Shown here piece by piece: positions 9,122 to 16,994 of a stretch of 33,311 nt of DNA (position 1 is the first letter of the stretch; each line of letters opens with the position of its first letter). The stretch is from a bacterium. Its GTDB lineage: Bacteria > SZUA-182 > DTGQ01. Below the pieces are notes generated by a model that was given only the letters and a program-made list of their open reading frames with translations, had not been told where the DNA came from and searched no databases. The stretch lies in assembly GCA_040752695.1 (NCBI GenBank), contig JBFMGO010000065.1:1-33311 (forward strand), in the 5' to 3' direction. Made by a program: the position numbers and the translations under genes.

Positions 9122-9859
9122 ATGAATATTGATGCTAAGGGAATATATTACAAAGAGTTGAATGAGAAGATACACAGGGCGGTTCAGGAGGGGCAGAAGG
9201 CGATTGTCCTTTCTCATGTCAATGGGCAGCGCTACATCGGAGACGGATTGTCCGGCGCGGATGTCAGGATCGATATTCAGGGTACACCAGGGAATGATCT
9301 TGCAGCCTTTATGGACGGCCCCACGATCGAAATATTCGGCAATGCCCAGGATGGAATCGGAAACACCATGAATGCCGGAAAAATCATCGTCCACGGGAAT
9401 GCCGGAGATATCGCCGGCCATTCCATGCGGGGCGGAAAAGTCTTCATCAAAGGGAATGTCGGCTACCGCGTCGGCATCCATATGAAAGCTTATCAGGACC
9501 TGTACCCGGTCATTGTCGTGGGCGGATATGCACAGGATTACCTGGGGGAATATATGGCCGGTGGATTGATCATTGTCCTTGATTTATACAAAGACGAAGG
9601 CCAGCCAGTCGTGGGAGATTACTGCGGCACCGGCATGCATGGCGGCGCCATGTATATCCGGGGTGAGGTTAAGGATTATCAATTGGGTAAGGAAGTGAAA
9701 GTCTTCGAGCTCGATGGAAAGGACCGGAAAAGTCTGGAGACTTACGTCAGCGAATTTGCCCGCGACTTCTCCATGGATGCGGAAGAAATCCTAAAAGGGC
9801 ACTTCTGCAAGCTCATACCCTACACCCACCGCCCCTATGGGAAACTGTACGCCTATTAG
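9122..9859 (+). CDS. gltB3: GXGXG beta-helix glutamate synthase subunit (GltB3/FwdC family)
   Basis: GQRYIG, GTPGNDLAAFMDG, GNAQDGIGNTM, DYLGEYMAGG, GTGMHGG repeats. Confidence 0.95.
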   Translation: MNIDAKGIYYKELNEKIHRAVQEGQKAIVLSHVNGQRYIGDGLSGADVRIDIQGTPGNDLAAFMDGPTIEIFGNAQDGIGNTMNAGKIIVHGNAGDIAGHSMRGGKVFIKGNVGYRVGIHMKAYQDLYPVIVVGGYAQDYLGEYMAGGLIIVLDLYKDEGQPVVGDYCGTGMHGGAMYIRGEVKDYQLGKEVKVFELDGKDRKSLETYVSEFARDFSMDAEEILKGHFCKLIPYTHRPYGKLYAY

Positions 9860-9926
9860 TATCACTTATGAGTATCAGGAGCACATTGCAGGAGCATTGC
9901 TCTATCAGTATCAGGAGCATTGCTCC
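9857..9926. repeat. Degenerate repeats starting at the gltB3 stop (AGTATCA / CAGGAGCATTGC)
   Basis: agtatca three times; caggagca(ca)ttgc three times. Confidence 0.7.
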
Positions 9927-9959
9927 ACCCTGAAGTCTCTGGTATATGTGAATGTAATA

Positions 9960-10049
9960 AGGAGTCAGAACTCAAAAGAAGCAATCTCTCCTTTTGAGTT
10001 CTGACTCCTGACTTCTGATTCCTGGCTCCTGGTTTTTGATTCCTGGATT
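9960..10049. repeat. Perfect 19-bp inverted repeat plus heptamer tandem array (copy 2); likely terminator or stabiliser of the glt operon
   Basis: AGGAGTCAGAACTCAAAAG (9960-9978) pairs with CTTTTGAGTTCTGACTCCT (9991-10009). Heptamers ctgactc ctgactt ctgattc ctggctc ctggttt ttgattc ctggatt run from 10001. Confidence 0.85.
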
Positions 10050-10528
10050 ATCTAGAAGCTAAATTATCCGTAAAATCCAATGCACACACTCGGCCAGGGT
10101 GGTGCTCCTGCTCAAAAAATACTTCCTCTTATGTGGCCCCTGTGGGGCTCGCCGCCTCTTTATCCTCCTTTACCGGGTACGCAACTGATTATCAGAAAAT
10201 TCCCCAGGGCTGCCTGTCATTGCAGGCCCTTGAAACAGTCCCAACCTTCAGCCCAGGATTTACATACGCCATCTGCTCTATCTTCTCCCACTTCCTCCTT
10301 TAAGGATCTTTCCCGGTGCGTCATAAGCTTTTTTTCACGCACTCACTGAGTAAATGCTCCATCTGTGGAGACTTTTAATTATCGCCGGTGGTGGGACTTT
10401 CAATTGTCGTCCATGAGATCACTAAACGACGATCTAAGTGTTAATAGAGATTTATTTAAAATCACTCATATACGATTTGAAGGCAAGGTTTAAAGAAAAT
10501 AAATACTTATATTAACGATAAAAATTTT

Positions 10529-11779
10529 ATGAGCTGGAAACGGAAATCAGGAATGAAGAATAAAAATGTCATATTTTTATGTTTGGATGCTTTGTGCAAG
10601 AGTCATATTGGTGCCTATGGTTATGAAAGAAATATAACATCGAATTTAGATCGTTTTGCATCGCAAAATATTCTATTTAAAAATGCATTTACTGCTGGTA
10701 CCTGGACGCCACCGGCAATTTCCTCAATTCTTACAGGAAAATATCCTTCGGTTCCAAAAAAAATGACTGAAAGTGAGTATAGGGAATATCATATCAATAT
10801 TGTTCGAAATTCTCCAAAAGATGTATATATTGGATTGCCAGTAATAAAATATATGAGAAGCTGCTATACGAATATAATATCTGAATTAAAAAGAAATCAT
10901 TTCAATACCTATGCTATTACTAATAGTCCGTTTCTTTCCTATTTTGCCAAAGACTTTGCTGATCACCTTGATAATATTGATTCACAAATTCCATCAGAAT
11001 TAGCTGAGAGTCGTGCTCTGATAAATAATTCAACAAAATTCTGTTTTGAAGCCCTGAGCAATAAAAAGCTTAAAGAGCCCTTCTTTCTCTATGTTCATGC
11101 AACCCAGCCGCATGTTCCGTATAAACCTGAAGAGGTTTTTATTAAGTATGGGAGCCATCAAAATCTAAGGGAAAGAGAGTGCTATCTTATACAAAATTGG
11201 AACAATAATGACTCACATATTATTCGATTACGCAATGAAACGGGTGCTCTCCTGAAAGATGACTATGATGATAATATATATGCCGCGGACTTTTATTTGG
11301 GAAAGATTCTCGATTATTTAAATAATTACTACGGTGATTCAATGATATTTTTTTTCAGTGACCATGGAGAGCATTTTTATACTCATGGAACATGGTATTT
11401 CCAACATCCTCCAGCAATTTATGGGGAAGAAATGCTTGATCTAAGTTTAGAAATTCCGCTCATCGTAAAAATGCCTGCATGGAAAAATGAAATTATCACA
11501 AAGCCTGTCAAATTAATAGATATTTTCCCAACCGTAATGATCGAGTTAGGGTTAGATACCCCCCAAGGCCTAGATGGCTGCCATGTATTTAAAGATGACG
11601 GGATTATTAAAGCTGTGTGTCCCAGTTTGGGAAGAGTAGCAGAAAAACACAACCTTGATGAGGGTTGGAAGATTTACGAAGTTCCTGAATCACCAGACGT
11701 TCAAGAATATGGAATCAGTTTGACGGAACCGGAAAAGAAGCTTCTCATCGACAGGTTAAAACAACTGGGATATTTATAA
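10529..11779 (+). CDS. Sulfatase/alkaline phosphatase superfamily hydrolase (start may be ATG 10553)
   Basis: NVIFLCLDAL, YGYERNITSNLD, WTPPAISSILTG.YP, PFFLYVH..QPH.PY, SDHGE, C-terminal LKQLGYL. Visibly AT-rich. Confidence 0.9.
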   Translation: MSWKRKSGMKNKNVIFLCLDALCKSHIGAYGYERNITSNLDRFASQNILFKNAFTAGTWTPPAISSILTGKYPSVPKKMTESEYREYHINIVRNSPKDVYIGLPVIKYMRSCYTNIISELKRNHFNTYAITNSPFLSYFAKDFADHLDNIDSQIPSELAESRALINNSTKFCFEALSNKKLKEPFFLYVHATQPHVPYKPEEVFIKYGSHQNLRERECYLIQNWNNNDSHIIRLRNETGALLKDDYDDNIYAADFYLGKILDYLNNYYGDSMIFFFSDHGEHFYTHGTWYFQHPPAIYGEEMLDLSLEIPLIVKMPAWKNEIITKPVKLIDIFPTVMIELGLDTPQGLDGCHVFKDDGIIKAVCPSLGRVAEKHNLDEGWKIYEVPESPDVQEYGISLTEPEKKLLIDRLKQLGYL

Positions 11780-12030
11780 GCAAAGCCATATCTGTAGATG
11801 ATGCTCATTTTCTGTTCTTATCCTTTTCATTACCTTGCGCTACTCAAAGAGGTAGAGCGCCTTCGGTGTACTTCAAGAGGAAAAACAAGCTTGCCCTTTT
11901 ACCTTGATATTGCTGTAATTTAAGAGTTACGATAGACTACATGAAATTTTCATTGGGCATTAGAGCAATTAGCTGAGTTTATCAGCGAAGATGAATACAT
12001 CACAACAAGGCTGTTGATGGAGAGAGTACA

Positions 12031-12324
12031 ATGAAGGTCAAATCCATGCGAATACCGGAAGACCTTGAACAAGCCATAGAATATGTATCTAATGTAGAAA
12101 AAATCGAAAAAGCTCAATCGTTGAGAAAATTAGCCCGTGTGGGATTTGAATATTATATTGCTCAATCGTACCGGGAAGGGAAGATTACCCTCAGGGCCGC
12201 TTCGAACTTGCTGAAACTGACACTTTCTGAGACAATCGATCTATTCGTGGAAATGGGAGTCAAGGGAAATATTCGGGCGCAGGATGTTCTGGCAAGCCTG
12301 AACACATTCTACCCGTTGGATTAG
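12031..12324 (+). CDS. UPF0175 family protein (predicted antitoxin, RHH-like plus HTH)
   Basis: SMRIPEDL N-terminus and YREGKITLRAASNLLKLTLSETIDLF..MGV C-terminus typical of UPF0175. Confidence 0.8.
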   Translation: MKVKSMRIPEDLEQAIEYVSNVEKIEKAQSLRKLARVGFEYYIAQSYREGKITLRAASNLLKLTLSETIDLFVEMGVKGNIRAQDVLASLNTFYPLD

Positions 12325-12368
12325 CCAGATCATGGGCCAGATCATGGGCCAGATCAGGGGGCTAGATC
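12324..12368. repeat. 12-bp tandem repeat GCCAGATCATGG, about 3.5 copies
   Basis: gccagatcatgg gccagatcatgg gccagatcaggg g gctagatc, beginning at the UPF0175 stop codon. Confidence 0.9.
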
Positions 12369-12444
12369 TTGGAGCGTTGCAGCGGGCAGCCCCTGGCATT
12401 CTCTTGGCAGATGTCAAGGGCTTTCCCACAAATACAGACATACA

Positions 12445-13491
12445 TCACCTCGAAAGCGTAATAGTTCCTTCCATATACTTCACGGCCCGGCCTGATATCA
12501 CAACCCTTTCTCCTCGGTCCGTGCAGTATAATTCTCCACCCCGTGCTGACAACTGCCGTGCATACAGGTTTTGCCTGCCCAGTTTCTCTGCCCAATACGG
12601 AATCAAGGCGCAATGAGCGGAGCCGGTGACAGGATCTTCATCGATGCCAAGTCTGGGGGCAAAAAACCGCGATACAAAGTCGGCCTCATCACCTTTGGCA
12701 GTTACGATAACTCCCCGCAGGCCGAGTTTTCGCAGCTTTTTCATGTCGGGGGTCAGGCTCATGATATCGCTTTCACTTCGAAATACGACGAAATAATCCT
12801 CCGAGCATAGCACTTCCAGTGGCTCTGGCTTTGGCACTCCCGGTCCAGATCCAGCCGATCTTTCCGGTTTTCGCTGTAATCCTTCCAGCAAATCTTCAGG
12901 AGCATTGCAGGGCAGAGGTGTCCGCGAAGGAAAATCCATCGAAAGCAGGCCGCTCTGTAGGCCGCCCTGTACCTGTTGTGTAAGGTCCTCTCCTCCTCCC
13001 TCCTGCATGGTGGTATGATCCTGCTGTCTGGTGACCTTAAGCACCCCGCTTTTTGAAAAGAAAATAATCTCATTCCCTGAGGTTGAACCTGATACCGAAC
13101 TTGATGCTGAGTCTGAAATCCCTCTTGGTCCTGATACCGGGCTTGAGGCCGAGGACTGGAGCATGGAGCCTGGCAGGCAGTTGAAAATGACAAAGGCTGT
13201 GGCCAGGGTCGCATGGCCGCATAAATCGACCTCCGCAATCGGAGAAAACCAGCGGATATGGTATCCTTTTTCTGCGGGGACAAAGAATGCCGTTTCAGAC
13301 AGATTGTTTTCATAGGCAATTGCCTGCAAGAGAGAATCATCCAGCCAGCTTTCAAGCGGGCATACACCCGCAGGATTGCCGGCAAAGGCTTTGCTGCTGA
13401 AGGCGTCAATATGATAAATAGGAATTTTCAAAGCATCTTTGGGGCCTGAGACCTTGGGTCTCGTGTTTCGGGGGGCTGGTGCCTGGGACAT
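12445..13491 (-). CDS. PhzF-family (DAP epimerase-like) isomerase with three low-complexity insertions
   Basis: DAF...F.GNPAGV, NLSETAF, EVDLCGHATLA, SRFFAP..GIDEDPVTGSAH. Start set to ATG 13491 because SD AAAGGAGG precedes it. Confidence 0.93.
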   Translation of the reverse strand: MSQAPAPRNTRPKVSGPKDALKIPIYHIDAFSSKAFAGNPAGVCPLESWLDDSLLQAIAYENNLSETAFFVPAEKGYHIRWFSPIAEVDLCGHATLATAFVIFNCLPGSMLQSSASSPVSGPRGISDSASSSVSGSTSGNEIIFFSKSGVLKVTRQQDHTTMQEGGGEDLTQQVQGGLQSGLLSMDFPSRTPLPCNAPEDLLEGLQRKPERSAGSGPGVPKPEPLEVLCSEDYFVVFRSESDIMSLTPDMKKLRKLGLRGVIVTAKGDEADFVSRFFAPRLGIDEDPVTGSAHCALIPYWAEKLGRQNLYARQLSARGGELYCTDRGERVVISGRAVKYMEGTITLSR

Positions 13492-13517
13492 GGAAAGTAC
13501 CTCCTTTGGGGGCTGTT

Positions 13518-14222
13518 TCATGGCTTTGTCCCGCCATAGACGGCAAAGTTGTAATATTTCCATATTACATCGACATTCGTAAACCCAATCTCAGAGAGCC
13601 AGGATAGCTGATTCGTGAATCTGGCAGGGCGGTCTTCCTCGTAATATTTCGGGATCCATTTGTTTTCGATTTCATCCTGAGACACGCTTTTGGCTAAAAA
13701 TTCCTTCCACCGGCTCATATACATTTCCTGAAGAGTGTCGGATGAGGCCAGGACAATATCAGCATTGTAGAAAAGGCCATTTGGTGTGAGATTGTCAAAG
13801 ATTCTCCGGTAAATTTGCTTCTTGTCATCATCTGTCAGCACATGGTGCAGCGCCAGGGATGAGACAACAAGGTCGTAGCGGTCATCGAAATCGCATTGGG
13901 TAAAGTCGCCGCTGATGTATCGAACACCGGGATAGCCTGAAAGCTTGATTTTTGCCATTTCGAGCATACTGGGCGCCAGATCGAGGCAGGTGACCTGCGC
14001 CAGAGGATAACGCTTTAAGATAGCGCTCGATATGGTACCCGTACCACATCCAAGGTCGATAACCTTGATGGGCACTGACTCCTGAAATGAAACGGCCGAG
14101 GCAAGAGCATCAACCATCTGGTAGTAATAGGGAATATTCCTCAGGATAATAGCGTCGAATTCTTCGGCTTCTCCTTCGAAATGATTTTTTATGGTTTCCA
14201 TATGCCTGCTGATGTTGTCCAT
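13518..14222 (-). CDS. Class I SAM-dependent methyltransferase (CmoA-like)
   Basis: VIDLGCGTG, YDLVVSSLALHH, L.PNGLFYNAD. Confidence 0.92.
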   Translation of the reverse strand: MDNISRHMETIKNHFEGEAEEFDAIILRNIPYYYQMVDALASAVSFQESVPIKVIDLGCGTGTISSAILKRYPLAQVTCLDLAPSMLEMAKIKLSGYPGVRYISGDFTQCDFDDRYDLVVSSLALHHVLTDDDKKQIYRRIFDNLTPNGLFYNADIVLASSDTLQEMYMSRWKEFLAKSVSQDEIENKWIPKYYEEDRPARFTNQLSWLSEIGFTNVDVIWKYYNFAVYGGTKP

Positions 14223-14240
14223 ACCTTCCCCTTCGGTTCA

Positions 14241-14303
14241 ATTACCTGATTTTACAGTCTAAATGCCTGATTCCCCGGTCTAATTACCCGATTCTCCGGT
14301 TTG
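14241..14303. repeat. 21-bp degenerate tandem repeat, three copies
   Basis: attacctgattttacagtcta / aatgcctgattccccggtcta / attacccgattctccggtttg. Confidence 0.75.
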
Positions 14304-14472
14304 ATCATTTGAATAGTAAAAGACGCTCTGATAAGGTGGCTTCATTATGCTCAAATCTTTATTGAGTATAATATCTAAGATATTACATCATAATCGCTGT
14401 TGGAATCCATAAATATTTCTTCACAATTACCTCGTCAACTAATACACCCGGTCAACTAATAGCCGGATTATC

Positions 14473-15174
14473 TCATTCAGTTAAAGAATGCCCGATAGTA
14501 AAAATCCTCATCATTTCATTCCCCCCGCGCTGGAATTCATAGGCCACTTTTTCTATTTTGACTTCAAATCCGCACTGTCCAAGCTCCGGAAGTATGGCCT
14601 CCACATAGGGAGACTTGGTCAGGCATAAATCGATTAAGGGAAAAATGCGCACCTCCCTGGCCACCCTGCACATTTCAAGAATAGAGTTTTGGTGAAACTC
14701 CAACGACAACTGTCCGGTGTACAGAAACAGGAAATGAGAGCAAAGAGCCAAATCAAACTGCATTTCCGAAAATGGCAAAGCAGGCAGCTCTGCGATAAGA
14801 TATCGGCCATCCCCCTTTCCCTGGTCATAGTCAGCCAGGAATTTTCTCATGGCCTCCATTCTTACTTTGCCTAACTCCTCTACCGATTGGATGGTATCCC
14901 AAATGAAATTATCTTTATTTTGAACGGTCTGCTCCATAACCCTGTTATAGGTCTCATTGATGCGGCCTTCAATTTGCTTTGCCGTAAACTGGTAGAGGGG
15001 ATCGCATGAGACAACTTTGTAGCCAGCCGCCTTCATTTCGCTGTTGAAGCTCGAAGGCCCGTCTGCGCACCCGAGAATGGCCCGCCTGAGGTCATTTCCG
15101 GTAAGGTGAAACATTCTCACGTACTCATCGAACGATCTTCCCCATGGTACAACCCGGTCCAACGTAAAAGGCAT
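14473..15174 (-). CDS. Putative SAM-dependent methyltransferase
   Basis: VVPWGRSFDEY..MF.L, ILGCADGPSSFN, LP.LPF...FDLALCSHFLFLY, EVRIFPL, YEFQRGGNEM. Confidence 0.85.
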   Translation of the reverse strand: MPFTLDRVVPWGRSFDEYVRMFHLTGNDLRRAILGCADGPSSFNSEMKAAGYKVVSCDPLYQFTAKQIEGRINETYNRVMEQTVQNKDNFIWDTIQSVEELGKVRMEAMRKFLADYDQGKGDGRYLIAELPALPFSEMQFDLALCSHFLFLYTGQLSLEFHQNSILEMCRVAREVRIFPLIDLCLTKSPYVEAILPELGQCGFEVKIEKVAYEFQRGGNEMMRIFTIGHSLTE

Positions 15175-15189
15175 TTCTACTCTCCAGAA

Positions 15190-15283
15190 TACTTTGAATT
15201 ACTGGGTTATTTTTAATTATTAGGTTGCATAAGTACTTTTAATTATTGGGTTGCATAAGTACTTTGAATTATTGGGTTGCATA
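15190..15283. repeat. 26-bp tandem repeat, about three copies plus a partial one
   Basis: AATTATT(G/A)GGTTGCATA(AGTACTTT) at 15215, 15241 and 15267; partial at 15197. Confidence 0.9.
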
Positions 15284-15295
15284 GAGAATCCTTCT

Positions 15296-16204
15296 TTATT
15301 TGACAGCATAGAAACCTGCCTGCATGTACGAGTACCAGAAAAGCTCGGCAACACTAAATCCGCACTCTTTCAATAAGCTGAGGTGCTCGCCGATGGTAAT
15401 AGGAAAATAGTCTCTGTCAAGGCGTTTACCATGCGCTTCAACAACCTCCTCTGCCCTTCCCTGGGACACCTGAAAACGCTTCCACCGGGCTATGCCGATG
15501 TCAAGCCCTTGATCGGAATCCGGGCGGACATTCTCAAAGGTGATATACGTCCCTCCTCTCGCCAATAAATTGAAGCAAACCTGAGTGGCGATCTGCCGCT
15601 GCTGCGGCCTTAAAAAATGATGGCACTGAATGGCCGTGATAATGTCAGGCTGTTGGTCAGTGGCAGTACCTGACCCTGTTGTGGTACAGTTATGGTTTGC
15701 GGTATTGGTCGTTTCTTCAGCGGTATGAGTTGATTTAAGAGCAGCGGTAATGATCGTTTCTTCCGCGGTATGAGATGACTTAAGAGCAGTGGGCAGATCC
15801 TGGGTTCCGGCAGCAAGGAACCGGATGCGGGTAGAGGCGGGGATTGTTCTCATCTGCTCTTGAAATCGCTTCCTGGCCTGGTGGAGCATGCCACAAGACG
15901 GGTCTGCCAGGATAAAGAAAGTGTGCGGAAAATGCTGATATGCCCTGCTCAGGAGGTGGCCGGTTCCGCAACCGGTATCCAGCCAAACCTTGACATCTGG
16001 CTTTATAGTTTTGATAAGGTCGATAGTTTCCTCGTGGAAAAATTCATAACAGGGCAGGGTTTTCCTGATATTTTGATCGTACTCCGTGGATGGATGAGAA
16101 CTTAAATTGTCATGCGAACGGGAAGACGAGTCCGTATCGCCAACCGGATGAGAAGTCGTAGTGCTCGTCATAGTGCCCGTTATCGTGTTTTCTGATTGTG
16201 TCAT
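15296..16204 (-). CDS. Class I SAM-dependent methyltransferase (CmoA-like) with Ser/Thr-rich N-terminus and internal 15-aa duplication
   Basis: YDQNIRKTLPCY, WLDTGCGTG, DIITAIQCHHFL, LL..GG.YITFEN, YFPIT..EHL.LL..CGF. Confidence 0.88.
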   Translation of the reverse strand: MTQSENTITGTMTSTTTSHPVGDTDSSSRSHDNLSSHPSTEYDQNIRKTLPCYEFFHEETIDLIKTIKPDVKVWLDTGCGTGHLLSRAYQHFPHTFFILADPSCGMLHQARKRFQEQMRTIPASTRIRFLAAGTQDLPTALKSSHTAEETIITAALKSTHTAEETTNTANHNCTTTGSGTATDQQPDIITAIQCHHFLRPQQRQIATQVCFNLLARGGTYITFENVRPDSDQGLDIGIARWKRFQVSQGRAEEVVEAHGKRLDRDYFPITIGEHLSLLKECGFSVAELFWYSYMQAGFYAVK

Positions 16205-16794
16205 TCTTTTTTATCCTCCTCTTTGATGTCTATTTCTCCTGGACGTTTCTTTCTTCCGGTAAAAGAAGCATTCCACCGTTTATCCGCCAGGACCACGGAG
16301 GTTTCGATCTGGCGTTCGGTGATCGACCAGTATTTTTTCAGCAAACGGTCTTTTTCCTGCGGCGTAACCAGGTTGAACCCGTGCTTTTCATAGAAACGGA
16401 CCGCCCACAGGGCGTCCGCCCAGGTGCCGATTAAAATAGGCCGTTCGGTCTGTGTGCGCAGGAATGACAGCAAGTTACTTCCTATGCCCTGCTTTTGCCT
16501 GGTGGTGAGTGTGTAGGCGTGTCTTATCAGCGTTACGTCCTGGACATGCTGGATGCCCATTACCCCAATCAATCGGCCGTTCTCTTCGTATCCCCAGAAG
16601 GCAATGCCGCCGATCTCTATTTCATGCCGAAGCTCATCGCGGGGCATGTAAGGCACCTTCCAGCAGTCTTTGGGGATGATGCCGCAGTATGCCTGGGCTG
16701 CATCGTTGATAATGGAATACATAGCCTCAAAGTCGCTTCCAAGGCATGGGCGAATCTTTTCTTTATAAATCTGAAGATTGCTTACTTCAACCAT
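16201..16794 (-). CDS. GNAT family N-acetyltransferase
   Basis: LIGVMGIQ, LIRHAY, QKQGIGSNLL (acetyl-CoA motif A), AVRFYEKHGF. Confidence 0.93.
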   Translation of the reverse strand: MVEVSNLQIYKEKIRPCLGSDFEAMYSIINDAAQAYCGIIPKDCWKVPYMPRDELRHEIEIGGIAFWGYEENGRLIGVMGIQHVQDVTLIRHAYTLTTRQKQGIGSNLLSFLRTQTERPILIGTWADALWAVRFYEKHGFNLVTPQEKDRLLKKYWSITERQIETSVVLADKRWNASFTGRKKRPGEIDIKEEDKKE

Positions 16795-16851
16795 TGGTAC
16801 CTCGCCTTCTTAGATGCTATTGATTATCTCGATCATAGATATTCATGATTA

Positions 16852-16994
16852 CTCTTTATTTGCACTGCATCTATGCGGCATCTGTATTGCACCTATACGA
16901 TTTTGCATTATGTCTGCAATGTATCTGCATTATATCTGTACTGTATCTGCAATGTATCTACGCTCTATTTTTAGCGCTATCTGGGCTCTATCTG
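16852..16994. repeat. 11-bp degenerate tandem array (about 13 units, minus-strand consensus CAGATACAnTG)
   Basis: tgcaatgtatc tgcattatatc tgtactgtatc tgcaatgtatc and so on; the first minus-strand unit contains the BaxI_1 TAG stop. Confidence 0.85.

Noticed and set aside
4367..9859. Selenocysteine or pyrrolysine read-through in redox genes
   Set aside because: All domains appear complete at their stops; no in-frame TGA or TAG interrupts a motif.
10080..10349. 89-aa Pro-rich ORF
   Set aside because: No SD or recognisable family; could be decayed DNA but cannot be supported.
12332..12616. ORFs of 94 aa (+) and 83 aa (-)
   Set aside because: They arise from the 12-bp array and overlap PhzF; not a PIN toxin.
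13492..13563. ORF-track N-terminal extensions of PhzF (also BaxI_1 17738-17845 and ScpB 32611-32676)
   Set aside because: Downstream starts have a better SD or match family N-termini; the extensions overlap neighbours or repeats.
15190..15283. 26-bp repeats as a mini-CRISPR array
   Set aside because: Units are head-to-tail with no unique spacers, and no cas genes are in the window.
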